Below, in pieces: positions 15,350 to 25,003 of a DNA stretch of 37,791 nucleotides. The position numbers and the translations under genes were made by a program. Position 1 is the first letter of the stretch, and every line of letters begins with the position of its first letter. The notes beneath the pieces are model-generated. The model was given only the letters and a program-made list of their open reading frames with translations, did no database searches and had not been told where the DNA came from. Source of the stretch: a virus (Duplodnaviria > Caudoviricetes); the IMG/VR virus record IMGVR_UViG_3300030397_000235, positions 1 to 37,791 of that record. One strand, given 5' to 3'.

Positions 15350-18049
15350 ATGAACCCCATGCGAACAGAAGCAGTCAAACGCTATCTGTTAGCGAGCACT
15401 CACAAAGACCTGGCAGAGCTGTATTCTCACGATATGGAAGTTCAGGTTAACGTAGCCCAAGACCAGGGAACCCGTGAAACGCGGGATTTCAAGGGTCGTC
15501 AGTATCAAGTCTTTACAGACGGTGTCCAAACTTGGAAAGCCTTTCGTATTCCGAATAAAGCCAACTCGGAGCCTGAATACACAGACGTTCCGATGTCATT
15601 TGACCTCTCGGCGCATGTTGAAGGCATCGGAATGACAGGCTGGGATTGGGTTAAACGCTGCTCGCGGTGGGTAGCCTATGACTTTGATGCTATCATCGGG
15701 CACAGTGACAAGCACCTGGCTAAGCTCACGCACCAGGAACTTGAGGAAGTGCGTAAAGCAGCGTTCGAGATCCCGTGGGTCACGATACGTAAATCTACAT
15801 CCGGATCCGGCTTGCACTTATACGTGATGCTTGATGGCCCATCAACTGCGAACCATACTGAGCATGCAGCACTAGCACGTGCGATCCTCGGTAAGATGAG
15901 TGCGCTTACAGGCTTCGATTTCCACTCCGCTGTAGATATCTGCGGTGGCAATATGTGGGTCTGGCATCGTAAGATGATTGGCACTGACGGTCTAGAGTTG
16001 ATTAAAGAGGGCTGCAAGCTTCGCGATATTCCGCCGCACTGGCGCGATCACGTGCAAGTAGTAAAAGGTAAGCGTCGTAAGAACCTCCCAAAGAAGATCG
16101 ACGAGGTCGGTAAGGGTGATATCTTCGACGAGCTTACGGGACAACGTCCTAAGATCAAGTTTGATGCGGAGCATCAGAAGCTGATCGACTACCTTGAGGA
16201 GAATAACTGTCTCTGGTGGTGGGACAAAGACCATTACATGCTGGTGACACATACGCTCCACTTGGAGCAGGCGCATAAGGATCTTTCGCTTAAGGGTTTC
16301 TTCAAGACTGACTCCAGAGGGTCAAATATCAATGAGCAAAACTGTTTCGCATTCCCACTCCGACGAGGTGGATGGACTGTGCGACGTTATACCCCAGGTG
16401 TTCAAGAGCATTCTTCTTGGTCACAAGATGGAGCCGGCTGGACCCGATGCTATCTTAATCGCGACCCCGACCTCGCAACTATCTGTCGTGCCTTCGGAGG
16501 CATTGAAGATACTGACGGAAGTTTTGAATTCCTAGACGCTGAAGCAGCCATCGAAGCAGCCAAGCACCTAGGCGTCCATATTAACCTGGATGTTAGGATG
16601 CGGGGACGACGCACAGTGCTCAAGCAGCATAAAGACGGTCGACTGATTGTCAAGATGAAGCATGAGAAGGAAGATCGTGGCGACCTGATGCAGGGATGGG
16701 CAGTCAAGAAGACTAACTGGCAACGTATCTTCTCCACACGCCTCGTAGCTCCGGCTGCACCCGAGCATATCAATCATGATGACCTCATCAGGAAGCTCGT
16801 TGTGCAGGGAACAACACGCGAAGACGCCGGTTGGATGATCAAGACTGAAGAAGTCTGGTCACGTGAGCCAAAGGATCACTTGAAGCTTGCTCTGGAATCC
16901 CGCGGCTGCACCGTGAAAGAAGTAAAGAACATTATGGGTGCAGCAGTTTTACGACCGTGGAAGATTGTTAACAAGCCGTTTCAGCCTGAGTATCCTGGTG
17001 ACCGTGAGTGGAACCGTAATAGCGCACAGCTCAAGTATCCGCCAACACAGGACACTGAGAATCTTCGGTATCCGACGTGGCTTAAGCTGCTCGAGCATTG
17101 TGGAGCGGGTCTGGATGACGCCATCCATAATGACCCGTGGTGTAAGGCGAACGGTATTCTTAACGGTGCTGACTATTTGAAGCTATGGATTGCATCCTTG
17201 TTTCAGTTTCCATACGAAGCATTGCCTTATCTGTTCTTCTACGGTCCAGAAGATACGGGTAAATCGTCATTCCACCTTGCGTTGCAACTCCTACTGACAC
17301 GTGGTTATGTGCGTGGTGACCAGGCGCTCACAAATCAGCAGGGTTTCAATGGTGAGCTTGACGGTGCGCTAGTTGTCGTCGTTGAGGAAACAAACCTTAA
17401 CCGTGATAAGACCGCCAATAGACGCATCAAAGACTGGGTGCTGACACCTGACTTTCAGGTGATCTACAAGGGCAAGACGCCTTTCATGTCTACGAACACG
17501 ATGCACTGGATCCAGTGTGATAACGAGTTCCAGGCGTGTCCGGTGTTCCCGGGTGATACCCGCATCACGATGTGCTACGTCAAACCTTTATCTCCGCTGC
17601 AGATGATCCCGCGTAAGAAGTTCATTCCGCTTCTCCAGAAAGAAGCTCCTGACTTCCTCGCTGAGATCCTAAGCTTGGAGCTACCCGAGTCGGGATCCCG
17701 ACTCAACATTCCTATCATCAACACCCAAGAGAAAGCTGCCATTCAGAAGCTTAATCAGAACGGTCTCGAAGTCTTCATCGACGAGATGTGCGAGCCTGTC
17801 GATGGCCAAATGATTAAGGTGTCTGACTTCTATCTTAAGTTCACCGCTTGGCTTGATCCGAACGAGCTTGACAAGTGGACGAAGCGTAAGATGGGTAAGG
17901 CTCTCCCGCCACAATTCCCGAAGGGGAGGAGGCGCAAGGATGGTCAATTCTATATCGGAAACATCTGGTGGAAAGACAAGCCACCGCTTGAGGAGGAGAA
18001 GCGACGTATCGTCCTCAAGGGAGACTATCTCGGATATAGTGATGCTTGA
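15350..18049 (+). CDS. Primase-helicase (AEP Prim-Pol-like N-terminus, SF3/D5-like helicase C-terminus)
   Basis: AYDFD and STSGSGLHLY AEP motifs, Walker A GPEDTGKS, Walker B VVVEE. Confidence 0.88.
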   Translation: MNPMRTEAVKRYLLASTHKDLAELYSHDMEVQVNVAQDQGTRETRDFKGRQYQVFTDGVQTWKAFRIPNKANSEPEYTDVPMSFDLSAHVEGIGMTGWDWVKRCSRWVAYDFDAIIGHSDKHLAKLTHQELEEVRKAAFEIPWVTIRKSTSGSGLHLYVMLDGPSTANHTEHAALARAILGKMSALTGFDFHSAVDICGGNMWVWHRKMIGTDGLELIKEGCKLRDIPPHWRDHVQVVKGKRRKNLPKKIDEVGKGDIFDELTGQRPKIKFDAEHQKLIDYLEENNCLWWWDKDHYMLVTHTLHLEQAHKDLSLKGFFKTDSRGSNINEQNCFAFPLRRGGWTVRRYTPGVQEHSSWSQDGAGWTRCYLNRDPDLATICRAFGGIEDTDGSFEFLDAEAAIEAAKHLGVHINLDVRMRGRRTVLKQHKDGRLIVKMKHEKEDRGDLMQGWAVKKTNWQRIFSTRLVAPAAPEHINHDDLIRKLVVQGTTREDAGWMIKTEEVWSREPKDHLKLALESRGCTVKEVKNIMGAAVLRPWKIVNKPFQPEYPGDREWNRNSAQLKYPPTQDTENLRYPTWLKLLEHCGAGLDDAIHNDPWCKANGILNGADYLKLWIASLFQFPYEALPYLFFYGPEDTGKSSFHLALQLLLTRGYVRGDQALTNQQGFNGELDGALVVVVEETNLNRDKTANRRIKDWVLTPDFQVIYKGKTPFMSTNTMHWIQCDNEFQACPVFPGDTRITMCYVKPLSPLQMIPRKKFIPLLQKEAPDFLAEILSLELPESGSRLNIPIINTQEKAAIQKLNQNGLEVFIDEMCEPVDGQMIKVSDFYLKFTAWLDPNELDKWTKRKMGKALPPQFPKGRRRKDGQFYIGNIWWKDKPPLEEEKRRIVLKGDYLGYSDA

Positions 18050-18236
18050 GCAAGCCCTCAACAATCTGCCAACGAATGATCGGAAGCTGCTTATGATAGC
18101 TTTCGAACAGGAAATTGCCCAGTATGTTGAGCTTGCAAATGGTCTCTTTATTGGTGTCAACGTCGCGCCATTGAAAAACTTGGAGATCCTTGAGCAAGTT
18201 GGCTCATGGGCTTACGGAAAGATTCGGAGGTTATGA
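18042..18236 (+). CDS. Hypothetical protein
   Basis: MLEQALNNLP..., overlapping both neighbours in operon fashion. Confidence 0.6.
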   Translation: MLEQALNNLPTNDRKLLMIAFEQEIAQYVELANGLFIGVNVAPLKNLEILEQVGSWAYGKIRRL

Positions 18237-18577
18237 TGGACGCAACTGATTATCAGTGCTTCACGCGGACGACCGCTATGTATCGCGGGCCGCTTGAAGA
18301 CACGAACGGCCAGGTCATGTATTGCATGCTTGGCCTAACTGGTGAAACTGGAGAAGTCGCCGAGAAGCTGAAGAAACATCTTCGCGGTGGCGGGAACCTG
18401 GAAGAGCTTAAGGGTGATCCAGGATTGTGTAAGGAGCTTGGAGATGTCTTCTGGTATCTCGTACAGCTCTGTGATGTGCTCGGGTTCGATGCGAACATCG
18501 TGCTCGAAACAAATGTGGCTAAATTAAAGGACCGCCAAAAGCGTGGTGTGGTCCATGGAGAAGGCGATGAGCGATAA
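18233..18577 (+). CDS. MazG-like all-alpha NTP pyrophosphohydrolase
   Basis: GETGEVAE...KELGDVFWY (ExxE...ExxD), with a GGAGG RBS. Confidence 0.9.
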   Translation: MMDATDYQCFTRTTAMYRGPLEDTNGQVMYCMLGLTGETGEVAEKLKKHLRGGGNLEELKGDPGLCKELGDVFWYLVQLCDVLGFDANIVLETNVAKLKDRQKRGVVHGEGDER

Positions 18578-18974
18578 TCTTAGTAAGGAGAGTTATGAAG
18601 GAGTTAAGGATTCTGGTCAGAGACGCGAGTTCCCTACAGGCAGCGTACGAGATTTGCGAGCGGGTAAAGGGCGTTACGATCTTGTACCACCCTCTGCCCT
18701 TAGACGACTCGCAATCCATTATGAGAGCGGAGCGCGAAAATATGGGGACCGTAACTGGGAGAAGGGACAGCCCTTGTCCTCATACGTCGATTCCATGCTG
18801 CGCCATGGTCAGGACTATCTTGAGGGAGACAGATCCGAAGATCACTTGGCTGCTGTCGCCTGGAACGCATTTGCAGCCATGCATACTGAAAAGCTTATCC
18901 GGTTAGGTAAGCTACCAAAGGAGTTTGCTGACATGCCAAAGAGCCCTGAAGACTTACCAGATTGGGAGGAGTGA
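18567..18974 (+). CDS. DUF5664-like dATP/dGTP diphosphohydrolase domain protein
   Basis: GKGRYDLVP, GARKYGDRNWEKG and DHLAAVAWN family pattern. Confidence 0.85.
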   Translation: MSDNLSKESYEGVKDSGQRREFPTGSVRDLRAGKGRYDLVPPSALRRLAIHYESGARKYGDRNWEKGQPLSSYVDSMLRHGQDYLEGDRSEDHLAAVAWNAFAAMHTEKLIRLGKLPKEFADMPKSPEDLPDWEE

Positions 18975-19228
18975 TGAAAACATCATACTGTTTCTTCGCT
19001 AAGCCCCAAGGCGGTAGGGATCTTTGGTGGTGTTTCATTCTAAATGAGCCGTGTATTTTAACCTACATGGACAATAAACCCACCTGCCCACATTGTCAAT
19101 GTCAAGCTGATTCCACAGGCCCAAATCCTGGAGAATACGCTTTCTATGGGGACCATGTCTTCTTAGCCAATATAGGGAAACCCGTTCGAAGTATCGAGTA
19201 TCTTGGACCTGATAGGGGTGAGCACTAG
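18974..19228 (+). CDS. Hypothetical Cys-containing protein
   Basis: TGATG coupling, GGAGG RBS, CPHC. Confidence 0.6.
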   Translation: MKTSYCFFAKPQGGRDLWWCFILNEPCILTYMDNKPTCPHCQCQADSTGPNPGEYAFYGDHVFLANIGKPVRSIEYLGPDRGEH

Positions 19229-20091
19229 TGGGCCTGTTTGATGATCTCGACCTTGCGGCAGGTCATTCAAAGAAGTCTGATGCCCGCATCATACGAGCGC
19301 CATTCGGATACCCGGGTGGGAAGTCCCGTTCCATTGGGAACATTCTTCCTCACCTCCCGTATCGAACAAAGTATATCGAACCGTTCGGTGGCTCGGCTGC
19401 AGTGCTGCTTGCACGTAAGCCCTCAAAGCTTGAAGTCTACAACGACCGCTATGGTGGTGTAGTAGCCTTCTATCGTTGTCTCCGAGATCCCGTGATGTAT
19501 CAGAAGCTCGTTGAGTGGCTTGATCTCACGGTGCATGCTCGGGAAGCCTTTGACTTCTGCAAGGAGTGGAATATTGACGATCCCATCGAACGAGCCGGAC
19601 GATGGTACTATATCACTCAAAGTTCATTTGGATCACTTGGACGTAACTGGGGACGCCAAACAACGCGCTCGTCGATGGCCGGAAAGATTCGTAACAAGCT
19701 CAAGATATTTCCCAAGATCCATGAGCGATTCCACAACGTGCAAGTCGAAAACCAAGATTGGGAAGACTGCATGCGGGATTACGATTCCAAGGATGCCGTC
19801 ATCTATTGTGATCCGCCATATGTTGACGTGCATCGAGGCACCTACAAGAACGAAATGACGATTCAACGGCATCGGGAATTCATCAAACGAGTTTTCCAGT
19901 GCAAAGGTTTCGTAGCTGTAAGCGGTTACAGCACTCCTCTTTATGAGGAGAACAAGTGGGATGACAGGCTCGAATGGAAAGCCTTTGTCTCGATTCAATC
20001 TGTCGTTAACACTGAAGCCAACAATAAGGCCGGCTTTGACGACAAACGTGGGCACGCTACTGAGGTGCTTTGGATTAAGAAGGCCAGATGA
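19228..20091 (+). CDS. Dam-family (D12 class) DNA adenine methyltransferase
   Basis: YPGGKS, EPFGGS, VYND and DPPY motifs. Target sequence not determined. Confidence 0.92.
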   Translation: MGLFDDLDLAAGHSKKSDARIIRAPFGYPGGKSRSIGNILPHLPYRTKYIEPFGGSAAVLLARKPSKLEVYNDRYGGVVAFYRCLRDPVMYQKLVEWLDLTVHAREAFDFCKEWNIDDPIERAGRWYYITQSSFGSLGRNWGRQTTRSSMAGKIRNKLKIFPKIHERFHNVQVENQDWEDCMRDYDSKDAVIYCDPPYVDVHRGTYKNEMTIQRHREFIKRVFQCKGFVAVSGYSTPLYEENKWDDRLEWKAFVSIQSVVNTEANNKAGFDDKRGHATEVLWIKKAR

Positions 20092-20186
20092 GTAAAGACT
20101 ATATTGCTTATTTGATCATTATGAGTATTTTCTGGATTTACATTGCAGTGGCTCTTTTTAGGGCAATGAAAGGCAACAATGAGTAA
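20088..20186 (+). CDS. Small single-TM protein
   Basis: Not in the ORF track. MSKDYIAYLIIMSIFWIYIAVALFRAMKGNNE, with an ATGA overlap on the methylase stop. Confidence 0.5.
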   Translation: MSKDYIAYLIIMSIFWIYIAVALFRAMKGNNE

Positions 20187-20577
20187 GACATTCTTTATTA
20201 GTTCAAGCAGTGTGCAACCTCAGCGGGATAAGGTTCAAGAGCTTGCCAAGCAGCTTTACCAGAAGTTCGGATGGCGTTGGCATTTCGATTGGACCGAAGG
20301 TTTTGCTGAGGAGAATCAGTATCCTGAGCACGAGATGGCTTACCGAGCCAAGATGGATATTAGCGCAGCTACTAACTGTGATGTGTTCATCTGGCTCGAG
20401 AGTCCCGTGATTTCGTATGGCTCGAATCGTGAGTATGGTGCGCGTATGGCTACGGGTGGCGTAATCTATCGCGTCTCACAAAAGTCTGAGCACATCTTCG
20501 ACATGTTACGCGGGATCGTCACCTCTGTGCCCAACGTTGAGGAGCTGCTTAAGGTTCTGGAAAGGCGTGAGCACTAA
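20179..20577 (+). CDS. Nucleoside 2-deoxyribosyltransferase / nucleotide N-glycosidase-like protein
   Basis: DISAATNCDVFIW...GSNREYG resembles the NDT GxxxExG pattern. Confidence 0.6.
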   Translation: MSKTFFISSSSVQPQRDKVQELAKQLYQKFGWRWHFDWTEGFAEENQYPEHEMAYRAKMDISAATNCDVFIWLESPVISYGSNREYGARMATGGVIYRVSQKSEHIFDMLRGIVTSVPNVEELLKVLERREH

Positions 20578-21206
20578 TGGGCGAATCGATGATTCACTGG
20601 AACGGTTCCCAGATGTGCGCCATCGACACTGAGACTACTGGCCTTGTTGCTGGCTATCATGATCTAATCCAGATTTGCATTCTGCCGTTGGACTCCAATA
20701 TTCGACCGCGGAAAGATGTGCTGCCGTTCTACATTGAGATGATTCCGTATCATCCTGAGCGTGCAGATCCGAAGGCTATGCAGGTTAACCGGCTCGACTT
20801 CGCCATTATTGGGAAGCGGGGTCACCATCCCGATAAGGCTGTCGATCTATTCGAGGAATGGGTATCAAAGCTCGGGCTTCCCGAAACCAAATACGGTCGT
20901 CGAAAGAAGATTATCCCGCTTGGGCAGAACTACCCGTTTGATATGGCATTCATTAAAGAGTGGATTGGTCCAAAGACTTACGATGAGTATTTCGACTACA
21001 ACTTTCGAGATACTAAAGTCATTGCCAACTACCTCAATGACCATGCAGGGATGCACGTTGAGAAGGTGCCCTTCCCACGCACAAGCTTAGCAAACATCTC
21101 AACAAAGCTTAACGTCGTGAACCCGAAAGCTCACGACGCCTTGGCTGATTGTCAGACTACTGCTGAGGTGTATCGGAAGTTTTTGCAACGGGGGCTTTTG
21201 GGATAA
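20577..21206 (+). CDS. DEDDh 3'-5' exonuclease (DnaQ-like)
   Basis: IDTETTG, GQNYPFD, HDALAD. Confidence 0.9.
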   Translation: MGESMIHWNGSQMCAIDTETTGLVAGYHDLIQICILPLDSNIRPRKDVLPFYIEMIPYHPERADPKAMQVNRLDFAIIGKRGHHPDKAVDLFEEWVSKLGLPETKYGRRKKIIPLGQNYPFDMAFIKEWIGPKTYDEYFDYNFRDTKVIANYLNDHAGMHVEKVPFPRTSLANISTKLNVVNPKAHDALADCQTTAEVYRKFLQRGLLG

Positions 21207-22455
21207 CCCAGGCCCGAGGCATCCCGACTAGATGCTTCTCGATCTTGCGGCGGTGAGTCCGGAATCTATCCGGGCTCCCGCCCCAAGTCACATCATACTT
21301 AATGCACTTAGCATAAGTCAGGTGCCCGGTCACACAGGCATCGAAACACATCATCGCGAAGCCCGTAGCTCCTAACGATCTCGCGATTGCGATGGCTGCA
21401 CTTACGCTCAGAGAGTTGAGCGGTAGATTGTATTGCCGGCTGTCGAAGACGAACACACCATCATACTTCGCATAGAAGTTCGCAGCCTTGTTGCTAATCA
21501 GCATCGTTGCTGACTTACAGTAACAGGTATCTCGCAGCTTCGCATCCTGCTGCAAGCAGAATAGCTTATTAGGCAGCTCCAGTGTTTCCACTTGTAGAGC
21601 TGCTTCATTTAGTGCAATGATGGGGCCATCGTCGAAGTGATCTGCGCGTAAGTAATCCAGTGACGGACCCTTGCCAACAATCTGGCAAACCTTCCCCTCA
21701 AAGATTTCACGCAAAGCCTCAAGCTCTAACTTCTCCCCGTAAATCGGAATCCAGCGGAGCTGATTCTTTAGCCTGTGTGCGTGCTTATCCAGCCAAGCAA
21801 TTGCATCCTTATCATGACGCGAGATGTAGATGGTGCCATCAGGAGCTTCACGAAGCTTAACCTTGCCGATCATCTCAGGATACTGACGCTTAGTATGAAC
21901 TTCGACTGCCCGCTTTAGGCGTCGACTAGCTTGGAAATGCTCAATGATCGGCCGCCCGACCCCAGTCATCTTGTCGTGAATCTTCACATACCTTGGCGGA
22001 ATATCGAGAACCTCGCAGGTATCATCCTTAGCGAGCACCGCTTGCAGAGTCTTCTGGTCCCATGTCTCGGGACTCTGCTCCTGAGCCTCTGCCCACTTGG
22101 CGACCAGCGCCTTGACACGATCATTGTTACGTAAGAAGATCGTGCCGCTTAGCAGCTCCTTACCACGCCAGTAGTGAACACCAATATCCGCCTTGATCGT
22201 CTCGAACAGTTCAGGGATCCTGCGGATGCGGGCATCAGCATCAATATAAACGATATTTTTACCCTTGAACTTCTGCAACATTTCTGCTAGGAAGTTTGGC
22301 TTTAGTCCGCAGTTGCGGACCCAGGAGCCAGTGTTCGGGTAGCCTTGCTTATAGAATTCCAGCTTACACAGCTCAGCATCAGCTTCAAGCTTCAGGACTT
22401 CTGCTTCGTAAGGAGTGTTCTCAGTATAAAATGCGCAAACAATAAAACTAGACAT
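21157..22455 (-). CDS. Two-domain protein: GT-A glycosyltransferase (DxD) fused to a DUF115/Maf-like Rossmann domain
   Basis: LKP...VYIDADA...WDQ in the N-terminal half, IVGKGPSL...IIALN in the C-terminal half. Confidence 0.75.
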   Translation of the reverse strand: MSSFIVCAFYTENTPYEAEVLKLEADAELCKLEFYKQGYPNTGSWVRNCGLKPNFLAEMLQKFKGKNIVYIDADARIRRIPELFETIKADIGVHYWRGKELLSGTIFLRNNDRVKALVAKWAEAQEQSPETWDQKTLQAVLAKDDTCEVLDIPPRYVKIHDKMTGVGRPIIEHFQASRRLKRAVEVHTKRQYPEMIGKVKLREAPDGTIYISRHDKDAIAWLDKHAHRLKNQLRWIPIYGEKLELEALREIFEGKVCQIVGKGPSLDYLRADHFDDGPIIALNEAALQVETLELPNKLFCLQQDAKLRDTCYCKSATMLISNKAANFYAKYDGVFVFDSRQYNLPLNSLSVSAAIAIARSLGATGFAMMCFDACVTGHLTYAKCIKYDVTWGGSPDRFRTHRRKIEKHLVGMPRAWVIPKAPVAKTSDTPQQ

Positions 22456-23269
22456 AGAGTTCCATAGTATCCGTGCAAAACACGGGCTTCTTAGTTAAAC
22501 GGTTGATTTCGATAGCTTGACCAATGCTGCTCTCAATGAACAGCCCATATTGTGAATTCTTATAGATCGCTGCCTTTCGATCCGCATGGTCACCCGACGC
22601 CCGACGCAGACGTGCAGACTTGGCCGGGTGCATCACGAGGTTACGGTATTTTACTTTGTGTTTCTGTAGCCACTCTTCGGTAGGGGTTCGGTATCTTTCA
22701 AGTCGGCTGGTGACAAGAGTGTGAACCTCCACAGTAGGAAGATGGAGAGGCTCAGCAGTATCAAGGAAGCGCCGATATCGAAGACTGTCGTCATTTTCTT
22801 GGCGTGTTGGGTCACGGCATAGTACTCCGTCAATATCCATACAGGCTCGCCCGAGCCAGAAATGATGCAACCAATTCCACTCGAAGATCCGAGGCATGTC
22901 CAGGATCTTACAGTGCGGAATATTCTTCGTGCGTTGCGAGGCGTAGACTACACCGTAGTCGATGTGCACATCATCAATATGAGCCAGCTCGCCTTTGGCT
23001 TTAGCGAGAGACTTCCCGGATAGCGCGGAATCGTCTACAACGAGCACTCGCTTTAGACGCACGTGTTGGTCCCTGAAACCACCCGTGAAGATGCGGCCAT
23101 CACGAAGATCCTCAACAGTAGTCAGCCGAACATTACGATGCAGCGCAAGCATAGCCGCGGGCACCATGCCCGAGCGTGGCACACCCGCGATAGCATCGAT
23201 ATTACGCGGGAGCTTTTGGCTCCAAGCGATAACGTCTTGAGCAAGTTCAGCGTAACTAATGAAAATCAT
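22448..23269 (-). CDS. PRTase-like domain fused to a HAD-family phosphatase
   Basis: GVPRSG and PRPP loop VLVVDDSALSGKS, HAD motif I MDIDGVL, VTSR. Confidence 0.8.
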   Translation of the reverse strand: MIFISYAELAQDVIAWSQKLPRNIDAIAGVPRSGMVPAAMLALHRNVRLTTVEDLRDGRIFTGGFRDQHVRLKRVLVVDDSALSGKSLAKAKGELAHIDDVHIDYGVVYASQRTKNIPHCKILDMPRIFEWNWLHHFWLGRACMDIDGVLCRDPTRQENDDSLRYRRFLDTAEPLHLPTVEVHTLVTSRLERYRTPTEEWLQKHKVKYRNLVMHPAKSARLRRASGDHADRKAAIYKNSQYGLFIESSIGQAIEINRLTKKPVFCTDTMELYV

Positions 23270-23568
23270 ACAGGATCCTGCACTGGAATAGTCTGGCCTT
23301 TAAGCTTGTGAGTGCAATCACTTAGATACTGAACTTGGCCTCTCCGTAAAAACAAATGACAACGATGCATCCCATGAGCAATATCTTCCGGTGTAACATT
23401 CTTATTACAAAGTAAGCTAGGAGAGAATGTTAACTCGTTTGGTATCTTCTTCCACACAGGGCCTGTTTGATTTGTCCCGAGCCTTGTAGTAAATGCATGA
23501 TGGGTATTGCAACCTGGACACCAAAATAGCCACATCTCACCACTAAATTGAGTCGTAATCTTCTTCAT
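23266..23568 (-). CDS. DUF6527-like small Cys/His protein
   Basis: FWCPGC...H...TFSPSLL...RCHLF...DCTH. ATG at 23568 overlaps the upstream TGA. Confidence 0.65.
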   Translation of the reverse strand: MKKITTQFSGEMWLFWCPGCNTHHAFTTRLGTNQTGPVWKKIPNELTFSPSLLCNKNVTPEDIAHGMHRCHLFLRRGQVQYLSDCTHKLKGQTIPVQDPV

Positions 23569-24113
23569 TTGACAGCAGCAATCCCTAGATTGATTGGACC
23601 GTGGTCGTAGCCACGAGGTTTCTGTAGACGCACGGTATGTCGGAAACCCGCATCGCGGAGGCATTGTTTCAGGTAGCGACCATCGAAGACTGTGCGGTGC
23701 CAATTCTCATCACCCGGACCATAGGTGAAGATGCGACCGTTGACCCAAGTCATGTAGTCGTTACGGGGATTGAACTTCCGCCATGGGTCGCCCGGACGTT
23801 GCTTCAGGTAGGCTTCGACAATCTTCTCGAAGTTGGGCACCCAGACTTCAATCGTCCCCTCCTGCTTGAGAACACGCAAAGCCTCACGCAGAACATCCAC
23901 TACATTGAACCAGGGAACATGTTCCAGGATATGGCTCATGTAGACTAGATCATAACGCCCAGTTGGCACAGGCCACGGACGAACGCGCACGTCATGCAGG
24001 TAAGTTAGGTTCGCACGCTGGATCATATCCATCGTGTCCCAGGTCTTATCGACTGGGTACTTACCGGGACCGATTTCTAAAGCTCTCATAGTATTTCTTT
24101 CGACAGTCTTCAT
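23565..24113 (-). CDS. Class I SAM-dependent methyltransferase
   Basis: LEIGPG, DLVYMSHILEH, RVLKQEG. Start at 24113 or 24089. Confidence 0.85.
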   Translation of the reverse strand: MKTVERNTMRALEIGPGKYPVDKTWDTMDMIQRANLTYLHDVRVRPWPVPTGRYDLVYMSHILEHVPWFNVVDVLREALRVLKQEGTIEVWVPNFEKIVEAYLKQRPGDPWRKFNPRNDYMTWVNGRIFTYGPGDENWHRTVFDGRYLKQCLRDAGFRHTVRLQKPRGYDHGPINLGIAAVK

Positions 24114-24765
24114 GCACCTTACGCTGCATGGAGCGCATAGCCTGACTCAACTGTGTCGAGTGGCGACGCTGATTATACCAGTGTTTGTTGTAGTGGCTCC
24201 AAGTCATATCCTTGAGGATTGCTCGGAAGTTCCAGTCACCGTCAGAGCCGGCTAGTAGCTTGGGGTCGAACCCACCCACCTCACTGTAGACCCGTGACCA
24301 CGCAACGATTGAAGCGCAGCAGGGACCATTGGTTTTACCCACCATGTAAGCGCGAGCATTCATAGGTGACGGAGGACGCTGAAGAAGTACCTTACCCTTA
24401 AGCCAGTTCATGTTACAGGTGACGATGTCGGCATCAGTCTTTAGGAGCCGGTTAACCTGTGCTTCCAGTCGCAGAGGGTTATGAGTATCGTCAGCATCCA
24501 GTCTGGCAATAATATCACCAGTGGCCATCTCCAGCGCCGTGTTACGAGCGACCGGGCATCCAGCATGAGCGATCTTCTCAACAACGATGCGGCCATCTGT
24601 ATTTGCAAACGTCTGAGCGATAAGGGCTGTGTTGTCGTCACTACCATCATCTACCACACAGAGTTGCCAGTCTTCATACGTTTGAGCCTGCATGCTTCTG
24701 ATCGCGTCCGAGATATAGGACGAAGCATTATATGCTGGCATCATTACACTAACTAACGGCTTCAC
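24061..24765 (-). CDS. Glycosyltransferase family 2
   Basis: VSVMMPAYN, VVDDGSDD, ARN, LDADD. Confidence 0.92.
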   Translation of the reverse strand: MKPLVSVMMPAYNASSYISDAIRSMQAQTYEDWQLCVVDDGSDDNTALIAQTFANTDGRIVVEKIAHAGCPVARNTALEMATGDIIARLDADDTHNPLRLEAQVNRLLKTDADIVTCNMNWLKGKVLLQRPPSPMNARAYMVGKTNGPCCASIVAWSRVYSEVGGFDPKLLAGSDGDWNFRAILKDMTWSHYNKHWYNQRRHSTQLSQAMRSMQRKVHEDCRKKYYESFRNRSR

Positions 24766-25003
24766 GACATCCTTGACATGTTGAGAGGGTTACGCGCTTT
24801 TGAAACCACGCACAGTAATACCAGTTCGCCTGATTGCAGCAGTTGCGGTTAGCCTGTTTAAGCTGACGATGCACGCACGGCTTTGCAATAGGCCGTAGAA
24901 TATATGGGTTGCCTGGATCGGGCTTATAGCCTTCTGGAGGCGTAGGAGGCTTCCCACGCTGAGGTGCAATTAAGATCCCGTTGGGAAGCCTCCGTAAAGC
25001 CAT
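24749..25003 (-). CDS. Small Pro/Cys-rich hypothetical protein
   Basis: TAATG coupling, six Cys in the C-terminal half. Confidence 0.65.
   Translation of the reverse strand: MALRRLPNGILIAPQRGKPPTPPEGYKPDPGNPYILRPIAKPCVHRQLKQANRNCCNQANWYYCAWFQKRVTLSTCQGCREAVS

Noticed and set aside
18233-18974. Z-genome (2-aminoadenine) pathway
   Set aside because: No PurZ or HD-family DatZ in the window. DUF5664-like and MazG-like genes alone are insufficient
21157-21206. Terminator between the convergent operons
   Set aside because: The two genes overlap by 50 nt and no hairpin plus U-tract is evident
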